Shown here: in pieces, positions 48,394-58,090 of the stretch
Layout: every line of letters starts with the position of its first letter
Numbering within the stretch: position 1 is the stretch's first letter
Source of the DNA: Polyangiaceae bacterium
GTDB lineage: Bacteria; Myxococcota_A; Polyangia; Polyangiales; Polyangiaceae
Reading direction: 5' to 3'
Length of the DNA stretch: 64,000 nt
NCBI GenBank assembly: GCA_050287085.1
Contig: JBNKBE010000009.1
Location: 96,001 to 160,000, forward strand
Translations under genes and position numbers: made by a program
Notes under the pieces: generated by a model
Told to the model about the DNA's origin: nothing
Databases searched by the model: none
Seen by the model: only the letters and a program-made list of their open reading frames with translations

Positions 48394-48520
48394 AGTCGAT
48401 AGCCTAGCCAGTTCGCTTGCGCGATGCAAAGGCGTCGGACGAGCGTCCGCCGTTCCACGCAGACTTTTCGGGATTCGGGTGTCTCACGCCCGCGATTCTT
48501 GGGCTCGGTTCATGACCCGC

Positions 48521-49306
48521 TCAGCGCTCGCCAGCGCGAAGCTGCAGCAGTCGGTCTACGAGCTCGCAAAACCCAAAGCCACATGCGCCCGTGGTTTGAT
48601 AACGCGGTGGTATCGAGAACGTCCCCTTGAGATTCTTCACGCCGACGCTGAGTTCGAAACAAGCGAAACACGCGGCGTCATTGCCCGAGTCACCGACGTA
48701 TGCAAACTGCCGACGCGCGAGGGCAGGATCGCAGCCAAAATGCTCGCGCAATAAGCCTAGCGTTCCGGTCGCCTTGTCCTCTGGATCGAGAGTGACGTGC
48801 ATGTGCACACTGGAAAGCGTTACAAATAGGCCCAAGGCTCGTGCCTTCTCAACCACCTCAACCACCAACTGCGGGTCCAGTCGCCGGTACTCACCGACGT
48901 CAAAAGTCAGATCGGAGTAGCGCCCCCCGAGGTCGTCGCTGAACTCCAGCTCGGGAAAGCGCGTCATCAATTCGCTCGCGAGCTCGAGCAAGCGCTCGCG
49001 AGAAGCACCACGCCGCTCCGCCTGACGCTCCCACCGCCGAAGGCGTCCATCACCGACCACCCAGGCGCAAGCGCCGTTTTCCGTGACCATCGCATCGACG
49101 GGCCACGTCCGCGCTAGCACCTCACCCCAGCTGGCTGGACGCCCCGTTACGCCCACCGCAAGAAGCCCAGCATCGCGCAGCGCATAGAGCCGCTCCAGCA
49201 CCGCCGGCCGCAATAAGCCGTGTTCCAACACCGTATCATCTAGATCAAAGAGCAAACCGCGGAGGGGCTTCACCTCCCGAGCGGTCATGTTTCGAAGCGA
49301 GCGCAC
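48521..49306 (-). CDS. HAD-superfamily IIB hydrolase
   Basis: FDLDDT, VTGR, TENGA, DK, YVGDSGND. Confidence 0.9.
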   Translation of the reverse strand: MRSLRNMTAREVKPLRGLLFDLDDTVLEHGLLRPAVLERLYALRDAGLLAVGVTGRPASWGEVLARTWPVDAMVTENGACAWVVGDGRLRRWERQAERRGASRERLLELASELMTRFPELEFSDDLGGRYSDLTFDVGEYRRLDPQLVVEVVEKARALGLFVTLSSVHMHVTLDPEDKATGTLGLLREHFGCDPALARRQFAYVGDSGNDAACFACFELSVGVKNLKGTFSIPPRYQTTGACGFGFCELVDRLLQLRAGER

Positions 49307-49428
49307 CGCACAACAATAGACCAGAGTTCACGATTCGCGAACTCTCCTTGAACACAATGGCCGCCGCACAGCGGGAGCTTCCGGCCTGGGTCGTCGCCCA
49401 GTAGCCGCGTTCTCGCAGTCGTCACTGG

Positions 49429-50664
49429 GTGCTAGCAGTGGCCGACGAGGGAGAATCGTCGCATTGTAGCGCTATGGTCTCGTTAGGAATTGCCCCTCGA
49501 AGCGCGCGGAGAGGCCGTTCGCGGGGTCGCTGGCTCGCCTACCGACTTCTTCCGACGCTCGCGCTCTGCGCAGCAGCATGTGTGGAACAAGTTGGCGGCC
49601 ACGCGTCGCCCCCGCGGCAGGCCCCTGCCGCCCTCACGCTCGCGCCGCACAACACGAAGCGCAAACCCGCCCAAGCAACCCGCCCGGAGCTGGCCCCCGA
49701 CCGTCCGACGCCCAGCCTCGCCGCCTCTCCCCGCCCCCCAGAAGCCAAACGCCTCGAGCCAGCAGCCCCGGCGGACACGCTTCCACAAGCCCCGGCGAGA
49801 CCTGAGCCCCCCGACGCGTTCGAGCCGCCCTTTGCCGCCACCACGAGCCCCGGCGATGGTCAGTGGTTCCCTTGGCCCAGCTCCGACGGCCCCTTCTTTC
49901 GGGCGCGCGTGCACCCCGGCAAATTCAGCCGCTTCAAGGAGGTGCTGGTGGTCGCAATCGATGTGCGCCACTTCAGCATCAAATGGCAGATCGGAAGCGC
50001 CGATCTTGGAGCGGAGGGCTTCCTCTCTGCCGGGAGGGTTCCCCCCGAGGAGCTACAAGCCGTGCAGCTGCTTTTCAACGGAGGCTTTCTGGCGCGACAC
50101 GGACGCTGGGGAATAAGCACCGGCGGGGTGGAGATTCAGCCCCAGCGCCCGCATGGATGCACTATTGCACTCTTTGAATCGGTACCGCCGGTCATAGGCA
50201 CCTATCAACGGCTCGTGGCGGAAGGCGACCTTTCGCACGCAACAACACTGCGCCAAACACCTCCCTGTTTGCTTGAAAACGGAACGCTGGCGCCGCAACT
50301 GCTGCGCGGCGACGATCGCCCCTGGGCAGGCAAGAACGAGGAGCGTCGCACGCGGCGCCGTTCGGCCCTAGGCATTTCAGCAGGCTCACGTCACCTCATC
50401 TACGGACTCGGTATCGAGGCGGATGCCGTGGATCTGGCGCGGGGCATGGCCGCGGCAGGGGCTGTCACCGCTGCACAACTCGATATCAACTGGTATTGGA
50501 CACGCGTCGCATCCGTAAGCCATGACCCGCAGTCTCCCAAACTCATCCCACTCCGAGAAGAGATGGAACTCCGTCCAACGGAGTATCTGAAGACGGCGTC
50601 GCGCCGCGATTTCTTCTACGTGGTGCCATCCTCGCACAGGCCTTCCACCCAGGCCGCACCTTGA
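49429..50664 (+). CDS. Lipoprotein with a phosphodiester-glycosidase (NAGPA/DUF2233)-like domain
   Basis: FNGGF, RRSALGI, AAQLDIN; Pro-rich linker after CAAAC. Start uncertain. Confidence 0.62.
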   Translation: MLAVADEGESSHCSAMVSLGIAPRSARRGRSRGRWLAYRLLPTLALCAAACVEQVGGHASPPRQAPAALTLAPHNTKRKPAQATRPELAPDRPTPSLAASPRPPEAKRLEPAAPADTLPQAPARPEPPDAFEPPFAATTSPGDGQWFPWPSSDGPFFRARVHPGKFSRFKEVLVVAIDVRHFSIKWQIGSADLGAEGFLSAGRVPPEELQAVQLLFNGGFLARHGRWGISTGGVEIQPQRPHGCTIALFESVPPVIGTYQRLVAEGDLSHATTLRQTPPCLLENGTLAPQLLRGDDRPWAGKNEERRTRRRSALGISAGSRHLIYGLGIEADAVDLARGMAAAGAVTAAQLDINWYWTRVASVSHDPQSPKLIPLREEMELRPTEYLKTASRRDFFYVVPSSHRPSTQAAP

Positions 50665-50700
50665 CCCCGCCCGCTTCTTGCCTCTAACATCGGCCCTTTC

Positions 50701-51798
50701 TTGCGCATTCTCGCCTACGTCTACAACGGCTACCATCCCATTGAAGAACGCGACCGCGCCTTCTACCCAGGCTTCACCGAGTGGGACCTGATTGAAAGCA
50801 GCGCCCCTCGCTTTCCTGGGCACAGACAACCGCTGCTACCAGCCCATGGACGCTACGATGACCGACTACCCGCGGTGACAGCGCAACGGATCGCGTGGTG
50901 CCACAAAGCAGGCATTGACGGATTAGTGCACGGCTTCTTCTGGTGTCGAGGCAAGCGCGTCTTCCAGCAAGCTCTCGACGAGGGCTTCCTCGGCTCAGAG
51001 GAGGGCAGGCGATTTCCGTTTGCCTTGATGTGGGCCAATCGCATGCCACGACGCGTGCTGCCCGTACGGCGAGACGAGCCGCTGATAGACCCAGCGCGAA
51101 GAGTCCCGGCCGATGTCGCTGACTTCGTGCAGTTGATCACCTACCTCGGAAGTCGCTACTTCCTTCGCCCCAACTACTTGCGCGTTGACAATGCTGCGTA
51201 CCTGTCCATCTATGACTCGAGCTTCTTCGTTCGTGAACTGGGAGTAGAACTCGCGGCTCGTGCCATCGCCCTGGCCCGTGCTGAACTCAGACGGCGAGGC
51301 CTACCTGACCTCCACCTAGCCGCCGTCGAGCCCGAACTCCAGCTCCAAGACAGACTCCGCGCGGTAGGCTTTGACAGCGTAACACACTACGTGCTGCTGC
51401 CCGCTTGGCGCGGGCCCTCAATTCAGGACTACAGCACCCGCGCCCGCATCGTGGCGCGAAGCTGGTCTGAGGTGCAAGGCCGTTGCCGCCTTCCGCACCA
51501 CCCTGCCGTGAGTCCCGGCTGGGACGCCTCGGCGCGGGGCGCCGATTTCGGTCATGCACGCCCTGACCGCTATCCTTGGTCCCCGGTAGTAGTGAACGCG
51601 GACCCTCACAGGTTCGAGCAGGCTCTTCGACGCGCGATTCGTTACGCTAGAGCCAGCGGGCTGCCGACTGCAGAGCAGCTCGTGTTTGTCGCATCGCTCA
51701 ACGAGTGGAGTGAGGGTCACTACCTGGAACCAGACGTCCAGTTTGGCGACGGTTGGCTTCAAGCCGTAGCGCGCGCCCGCGTTGCTGAAAAGGTCTAG
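50701..51798 (+). CDS. Glycoside hydrolase family 99-like (WbsX-like) protein
   Basis: GFTEW, PRFPGHRQP, GID, LMWAN, PGWD, NEWSEGHYLEPD. Confidence 0.85.
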   Translation: MRILAYVYNGYHPIEERDRAFYPGFTEWDLIESSAPRFPGHRQPLLPAHGRYDDRLPAVTAQRIAWCHKAGIDGLVHGFFWCRGKRVFQQALDEGFLGSEEGRRFPFALMWANRMPRRVLPVRRDEPLIDPARRVPADVADFVQLITYLGSRYFLRPNYLRVDNAAYLSIYDSSFFVRELGVELAARAIALARAELRRRGLPDLHLAAVEPELQLQDRLRAVGFDSVTHYVLLPAWRGPSIQDYSTRARIVARSWSEVQGRCRLPHHPAVSPGWDASARGADFGHARPDRYPWSPVVVNADPHRFEQALRRAIRYARASGLPTAEQLVFVASLNEWSEGHYLEPDVQFGDGWLQAVARARVAEKV

Positions 51799-52082
51799 AA
51801 CATCGTCTCGCTGCTGCCCCTGGATGAGCTTGACGAATCCGAAGAGCATTGGGCTGCCGCCGCTACTGACTTCCCCAATCCTGGTCCCGAAACTGCTGCC
51901 GCCGTTGTTGGGCGCAGGGGCTCAGCAAGGCAGCGCTGCAACCGGCCCCCGCAACCGAACCCCCCACCGGCCGAAACCGAAACCCCTGCGAGCGCTCAAT
52001 CGCTTCCTGCTTCGCCGCTCAGGACTGCGCTATCACGCCAGCCCGTTGTCGCGGAACAAGCCACGATGGTAACACACCTTTC

Positions 52083-54305
52083 GTGTTCTCGTTTACCCCG
52101 TCGGTGCCGCCCCCCAGTTTCGATCCGCCGCAGGAGCCACGCTCAAACAAGGGGCGATTCGGTGCCTTCTCGGGTGTGTTCACACCAAGCATTCTCACCA
52201 TCCTGGGCGTGGTCATGTACCTGCGCTTCGGATGGGTGGTAGGTAACGCAGGTCTATTGGGCGCCCTTGTGATCGTCGTGCTGAGTCACGTCATCACGCT
52301 AGCCACGGGTCTCAGCATTTCTACCATCGCCACCCACCGGACGGTCGGAGCGGGAGGTGCTTTCAACATCATAAGCCGTTCACTTGGTGCTCCCATTGGG
52401 GCCGCCGTAGGAATACCGCTATTTGTCGCTCAGGCGCTGAGCGTCAGTTTCTACTGCGTGGGGTTTACCGAATCCATCGCGGAGTTCGTGCCGTGGATCT
52501 CACCGCGAGTGCTGACCACTTTCGTAGCCGCGCTGCTGCTTCTGCTGTCCCTACGAAGCGCCTCACTTGTGCTCAAGGCCCAGTATGTCATCATGGCGGC
52601 CATCGGGGTTTCACTCGTCTCCTTCTTCGCCGGCACGCGAGAACCTGCCCCCACACTCAGCGAAGCACCTCCTCAGCTCGCCAGCTTCTCAGCGGTATTC
52701 GCCGTCTTCTTTCCGGCCGTCACCGGGATCATGGCCGGCGTGGGCATGAGCGGTGATCTCAAAGACCCGAGACGCGCGCTACCACGCGGTACGCTATGGG
52801 CCATCTTCGTCGGCTTCGTCATCTACCTTGCATTCCCCTTGTGGCTTGCGAACAACGCATCGCCGGCAGAACTGCTTGGCAACCCCCGCATCGTTTGGGA
52901 CATCGCGTTCTCCCCCGCTGCCATCTACGTAGGGATCTGGGGAGCAACACTGTCGAGTGCCGTCGGCTCACTACTGACCGCACCTCGCACTTTGCAGGCT
53001 ATCGCACGGGACCGCCTGGTGCCCCGCTGGCTAGGGAAGGGCCATGGTCCGCATGACGAACCGCGCATCGCCACGGCTCTCTCATTTGTCATCGCGTTGG
53101 GGGGCATATGGCTCGGCAATCTGGATAGCATCGCCAATACGCTGACAATGTTCTTTCTGGCTACCTACGGCATAACCAACCTGGCGTGTGGCGTGGAGCT
53201 TTGGGCAGCCAGTCCAAGCTTTCGTCCAGAATTTCGCATCCCGTGGTGGATCAGCGCTGGGGGGGCAGCGGCCTGCTTCTACGTGATGAGCCTGATCGAT
53301 ATCATCGCGATGCTCACCGCCCTACTGGTCTGCGGCGGCATCTATTTCCACACCCAGCGCCGTGAGCTACACACCACCTACGGCGACGCTCGGCACGGCT
53401 TCTGGGCAGCGTTGGTGCGCAGCGCGCTGCATCGCGTCCGGCGCGCGGGCTTTCACCCGACGAATTGGCGGCCGAACCTGCTGATCATGGGGGGCGATCT
53501 CGAACAGCGCCACTACCTGCTCGAGCTTGGAGACGACATCGTCCAGCACCGCGGCCTCGTCACCTACTTCCAACTCCTGCGCGGAGACTTGGGCCAGCTT
53601 GCCGTCTCACGCCAACGCCTGCTCCACGAGGTAGAACCTGTCGTACGAGAACACTATCCCAACGTGTTCTACCGTGTTGACGTCGTCGACAGCGTGCACC
53701 GCGGAGTTGTACAGGCCGCGCAGTCCTACGGCCTAGGAGACTTCGAAGCCAACACGCTCTTGCTGGGATGGCCCCAGAAAGAGGAGCGCTTCCCCGCCTA
53801 CGCGCAGATGATGCGCGACCTAGCTACTCTGGACAAGAGCCTGCTTCTGGTGCGCTACGACCCTCAGCGTGCCTTCGGTAGCCTGAAGAACATCCACATC
53901 TGGTGGGGTGGCTTGAAAGGCAACGGTGGCCTGATGTTGCTCACCGCATTTCTACTCACGGCCCAACGCCGCTGGCGAGACGCGCGAATCAGCCTGATCA
54001 CGGTAGTGACGAACGAAGAAGAACAGCAACAAGTGCGCAATCGCATCGATCAAGTCCTCCAACACGCACGCGTGACCGCAGAGCCGAAGGTAGTTGTGCG
54101 TTCAGGACGTGCGATCGCCGCCATCATGGAAGCCGAAAGTCAGTGGGCGGACTTGGCTATCATCGGGCTAGCATTGCCCCAAAGCGACGAAGCACCAGAG
54201 CGGTATTTCAGCCGTATGGAACAACTGCTCGCTAGCCTTCCCACCACGTTGATGGTTTACAGCGCGCGCAGCTTTCCCGGTGAACCAGTGCTGATTCAAG
54301 ATTAG
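52083..54305 (+). CDS. Prokaryotic cation-chloride cotransporter (SLC12-like, APC superfamily)
   Basis: FG.FSGVF.PSILTILGV..YLR, FFPAVTGIMAG..MSGDL, APR.LQA, NWRP; C-terminal cytoplasmic domain with IWW. Confidence 0.88.
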   Translation: MFSFTPSVPPPSFDPPQEPRSNKGRFGAFSGVFTPSILTILGVVMYLRFGWVVGNAGLLGALVIVVLSHVITLATGLSISTIATHRTVGAGGAFNIISRSLGAPIGAAVGIPLFVAQALSVSFYCVGFTESIAEFVPWISPRVLTTFVAALLLLLSLRSASLVLKAQYVIMAAIGVSLVSFFAGTREPAPTLSEAPPQLASFSAVFAVFFPAVTGIMAGVGMSGDLKDPRRALPRGTLWAIFVGFVIYLAFPLWLANNASPAELLGNPRIVWDIAFSPAAIYVGIWGATLSSAVGSLLTAPRTLQAIARDRLVPRWLGKGHGPHDEPRIATALSFVIALGGIWLGNLDSIANTLTMFFLATYGITNLACGVELWAASPSFRPEFRIPWWISAGGAAACFYVMSLIDIIAMLTALLVCGGIYFHTQRRELHTTYGDARHGFWAALVRSALHRVRRAGFHPTNWRPNLLIMGGDLEQRHYLLELGDDIVQHRGLVTYFQLLRGDLGQLAVSRQRLLHEVEPVVREHYPNVFYRVDVVDSVHRGVVQAAQSYGLGDFEANTLLLGWPQKEERFPAYAQMMRDLATLDKSLLLVRYDPQRAFGSLKNIHIWWGGLKGNGGLMLLTAFLLTAQRRWRDARISLITVVTNEEEQQQVRNRIDQVLQHARVTAEPKVVVRSGRAIAAIMEAESQWADLAIIGLALPQSDEAPERYFSRMEQLLASLPTTLMVYSARSFPGEPVLIQD

Positions 54306-54342
54306 CCTTGCCAGCAGCCCCTCCCTCTAGATACGGAAGTGT

Positions 54343-56182
54343 CATGGCGATGGGTGTAGGACGGCGACACACAGCTGGTCACAACAGACTTCGAAACTGC
54401 CTGGTTTGGGGCCTCGGGGCCTTTGCGCTCGCAGGGCCCCTGAGTTGCGGAGGGAACACCGCAGCAACAGGCAAAACGCACTTCGCGGGGGCCCGGTGCG
54501 AGCCGACGCTCGTGTTCGAATGTGAAAACCTGTGCACCGAAGGAGACATGGCTGCCTGCGAGATAGCCGGCTCGAGCTATATCGAAGGTAGGCAGGTAAC
54601 CCGCGACCTCGAACGAGCTAAGAGTTTGCTGGCGCCGCCCTGCAACGCGGAGCGCCCGATCGGCTGCGGTGGGATGGCCAAGCTCGCGCAAGAAGGTGTC
54701 CTTGACTGGCCGATGGAGCGCATCGTCAAGCGCTTGGACGCCGCCTGTGAAGCCAAGGACGCGGATGCTTGCCAGCGACGGGGTCAGCTGCTGCTGGCCG
54801 AAGGCTCGAGCGCGGCGGACAACAAGGCTCGAACGCTATTCGAGCGCGCCTGTAGCGGAGGCTCCCAGGCGGGATGTTTTCAGAAGGGCAAGTTCCTGTT
54901 GGAAACCCGTCCCGCTGAAGCCATCAAGCTATTCACCGCGGCCTGCAAAGCTAAAGTCGGTTCAGCCTGCTACGAACTGGGGGGGTTGCAGGAATCGGGA
55001 ACCGGCGGCGATGCGGCACCGCAGCGAGCCCTCAACTCCTACGAGCGCGCCTGCGAGCTAGATGTAGCTGCCGCTTGCTCCAAACTGGGACAGACCTACG
55101 AACAGGGCTCTCACGGCGCACTGCGCGACCTGCAAAAGACCAAGACCCATCTGGAGAAAGCCTGCGACCTGGGAGAGGGCGATGCTTGCGCGCACCTCGG
55201 CGAACTATTGGCTTCCGGTGATGGGATTGAGCCAGACGAGCAGGCGGCGGGCAGACTGTTTGAGCAAGGCTGTGAACTGAAGTCACCCCGTGCTTGTCTG
55301 TTCCGCGGCAGGGTTCTCGAACAGGAATCAGCGGTGTCCGAAGACGTCACGGACACCTCGGCGGCGGCTGCTTTGGCGGCAACACAAGCCTATGAGGCCG
55401 CGTGTGACGGAGGAGAAAGCGAAGCCTGTGGGTACCTCGCTCGCATGCTCATTGGGCATCGCAGCATTCCACTAGACGAGGACCGAGCCGTCGGGTTGTT
55501 TGAGAAAGCGTGCAGCGGAGAAGGGCCCGAGGGCGTCTGCGTCGACCTGGCCGCCCTGCAACTAAAACGCCACGCACCCAAGGATGCGGTCAGCGCGCTC
55601 AAGCGAGGCTGCGAACGAGAAGGCGCCGCTTGTCTCGCTCTGGCACGGCACTACGAACACGGCTATGGGGTGACTCAAAACCGCACCGAGGCGGCCAAGC
55701 TCTACCTAAGCGCTTGCCAACAGTCGGTCGCGCCGGGTTGCGTAGGTTTGGCACATCTCGCGTATCTCGGAAGCGGGACAGACGCCGACCCCGAGGGTGC
55801 CGTCGCGATCTTCGAAGAATACTGCGAACAGGACAACGCTGAGGCGTGTCGCTACCTGGCCCTGGCGTTGGCCAGCGGCGAGGGTCTAGAAGAGCCCGAC
55901 GGCGACGCCGCTCGTTCGCTGGCCGATGAACGCTGCGCTCAAGGCGATCTGGATGCCTGCGCCCTGGGCTCACTATTTCGCGTGCGCGGCGTCGGTGGAC
56001 GACGCACCCCTCGCGAAGGACTCAAACGCCTGTCCAGCTTGTGCGGTGAGCAACAGGGGCTCGCGTGTTCCCTGCGCGCTCACCTGCCGGGCGTCAAGAG
56101 CCCGGAGAAGGCCTCGCTTCGCGCTCGGGCCTGCGCCTTGGGCGAGTACTCAGAGTGTCGCTGGCTTGAGGAGCGGCGCTGA
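54343..56182 (+). CDS. Sel1-like (Hcp-type Cys-rich) repeat lipoprotein
   Basis: Many 'ACxxG...AC..LG' repeats; lipobox PLSC. Start at 54308 or 54343. Confidence 0.88.
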
Positions 56183-56938
56183 CGTCGCGCTCGGCGCTGA
56201 CGTCGCGCTCGGCGCTGACGTCGCGCTCGGCGCTGACGTCGCGCTCGGCGCTGCCCCCGAGGGTACAGCCGCTGTCGACCCTGCGGCGAGACCCGCGACA
56301 CGCCAAACCTGTCCCTCGCGCTCGACGCGATAGCTCTGCTGCGTCGCTTCTCCCCCAGCGAACGACTCGACCCGAACCTCAGCGCTATCGCGTTGCTGAC
56401 GCAGGACAATCGCGCGCGTCTTCACCAGGTTCTTGCGTTCCTCAGCCGAGTCGCGACACGCGGCTTCACAAGCCCGTTCGGCGGCCCCAACAAGCCCTTG
56501 GCCGGAAGCGGACGCCAGGCTGCGAGCGCGGTCGAATTGGTACGTATTCAGACTGTGGAGAAACTCGTGAGCCGCGTCCTTTGGCGTGCGCATCATCTGC
56601 TCGACAGAGGCCACCTTGAACGGCTGGTACATGGGCGGGTGAGCATTGCAGGCCACCTTGGCGCTGCCCCAGGCGAGCGTGGTGACGCCACACAAAACGG
56701 CCACGAAGGCGAGCATCAGGCGTGTGTTGCTGTCTTGCCCTACGCCGCCGAGCGGCTCTGCCACGACAAGGACCGGCCCGCGCCGACCCTTGGCCCCCTT
56801 CTGGGAGGCGCCAGCCTCGTCAATCTTCTCGTGCGAAACCGCGGGGCTAGCCTCCTCCGAGAGCGCTTGGGGCTCGGGGCTTTGTTCCTGATCCTGGGAG
56901 CCGGTCATGGCCGCGGAGCATGGGGGATCCCCCCCCAC
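56150..56938 (-). CDS. Hypothetical single-TM protein with an NTF2-like C-terminal domain
   Basis: TM helix LMLAFVAVLC...; P..AA..F....A...AEV.V...REG.VWRV pattern. Start probably ATG 56908. Confidence 0.65.
   Translation of the reverse strand: MGGDPPCSAAMTGSQDQEQSPEPQALSEEASPAVSHEKIDEAGASQKGAKGRRGPVLVVAEPLGGVGQDSNTRLMLAFVAVLCGVTTLAWGSAKVACNAHPPMYQPFKVASVEQMMRTPKDAAHEFLHSLNTYQFDRARSLASASGQGLVGAAERACEAACRDSAEERKNLVKTRAIVLRQQRDSAEVRVESFAGGEATQQSYRVEREGQVWRVAGLAAGSTAAVPSGAAPSATSAPSATSAPSATSAPSATSAPLLKPATL
56174..56253. repeat. 18-bp tandem repeat, about 4.4 copies (CGGCGCTGACGTCGCGCT)
   Basis: Four exact copies plus 8 bp. The first copy contains the Sel1 gene stop; the other strand encodes (APSATS)n. 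Confidence 0.97.
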
Positions 56939-57016
56939 AAGGCAAGCTCTCCCAATCGCTCACTGCGGCGATGAAAAAATGGGGCAACCAGGTCAGATAG
57001 GCGTCGACTCGGGAGC

Positions 57017-57997
57017 ATGAATCGCATGCCCGCAGCCGTTCCGCTCAGACCTCGCAGTGCGAGCCGAACGCCACGTCTATGCAAACTGCTGGTTGCGCTG
57101 AGCGCGCTGGTGGGCTGCACGCCTCGGATTGTCATCCCGCCGGCCGCCGCGCGCTTGAACGACCAGGGAGCCGGGGCCCTCACACGAGGCGAGCTCGATA
57201 GCGCCGCTCGACAGCTTGAACTCGCGCTGGAATACCATCCCGCGTTCGTGCAGGCACTGTCGAACCTCGGTCTCGTCGAGCTCCGACGGGGCAATCTTTC
57301 GCGCGCCGAGCAACTGCTCGAGCGAGCCGTGCGGCAGGACCAGGACGTAGCTCAGCCACACAACGGGCTCGGGCTGGTCGATGAAGCCCTAGGCGCCACC
57401 CACGACGCCGCGGAGCACTATCTGGACGCCCTGCAGATCGATCCGGGCTTCGTTGAGGCACGAGCAAACCTGGGCCGCCTTTATTATGAACGAGGCGATT
57501 ATCTGCTGGCTCAGGAGCAGTTCGAGAAACTCCAACACACGGCACCCGAACGACTCGAGGGCTTCCTCGGCCATGCGGAATGCCTGCTCGCCACAGGGCG
57601 CCTCGACGAAGCCGCCCAGACGCTGAACACGGCCCGCGCACGCTTCGGTGACACGCCAGCGCTGATCTTGGCGGAGGGCCGGCGACAGATTCTCGTCGAA
57701 GACTTCGCCGACGCGGCACGCACCCTTGCCCCCCTGGCCAAGGGCGATGGTGACGAGGCGATAGAAGCTCAAGCTTGGCTGAGCGTGCTGGCGCTGGCTC
57801 GCGGTGACCTGAAGCGGGCTGTAGCGGCGGCGCGGTTGTGCCTCAGTCGGGCTCCAGACCACGCGCTCGCCACCTACGCCCTGGCCAGCGCGCTAGCGGG
57901 CCTGCACGCGCCGGGAGCCGACGCGTGGCTCCATCGTGCGGCACAACTCAATCCGGAGCACCCACAGCTGGCCATAGCGGATGCGAGCAAGCGATAG
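57017..57997 (+). CDS. TPR-repeat lipoprotein
   Basis: Lipobox LVGC; ALSNLG, HNGLG and ARANLG TPR motifs. Confidence 0.88.
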   Translation: MNRMPAAVPLRPRSASRTPRLCKLLVALSALVGCTPRIVIPPAAARLNDQGAGALTRGELDSAARQLELALEYHPAFVQALSNLGLVELRRGNLSRAEQLLERAVRQDQDVAQPHNGLGLVDEALGATHDAAEHYLDALQIDPGFVEARANLGRLYYERGDYLLAQEQFEKLQHTAPERLEGFLGHAECLLATGRLDEAAQTLNTARARFGDTPALILAEGRRQILVEDFADAARTLAPLAKGDGDEAIEAQAWLSVLALARGDLKRAVAAARLCLSRAPDHALATYALASALAGLHAPGADAWLHRAAQLNPEHPQLAIADASKR

Positions 57998-58090
57998 ACG
58001 AAGCCCGTGCGGGCAGACAAGCCGGAAGCCCCGATTGCCTCGGCGGACCGAGTGGCTGGCGTGCGAACAAGGAGCTCGCGCCCCCGCGAA

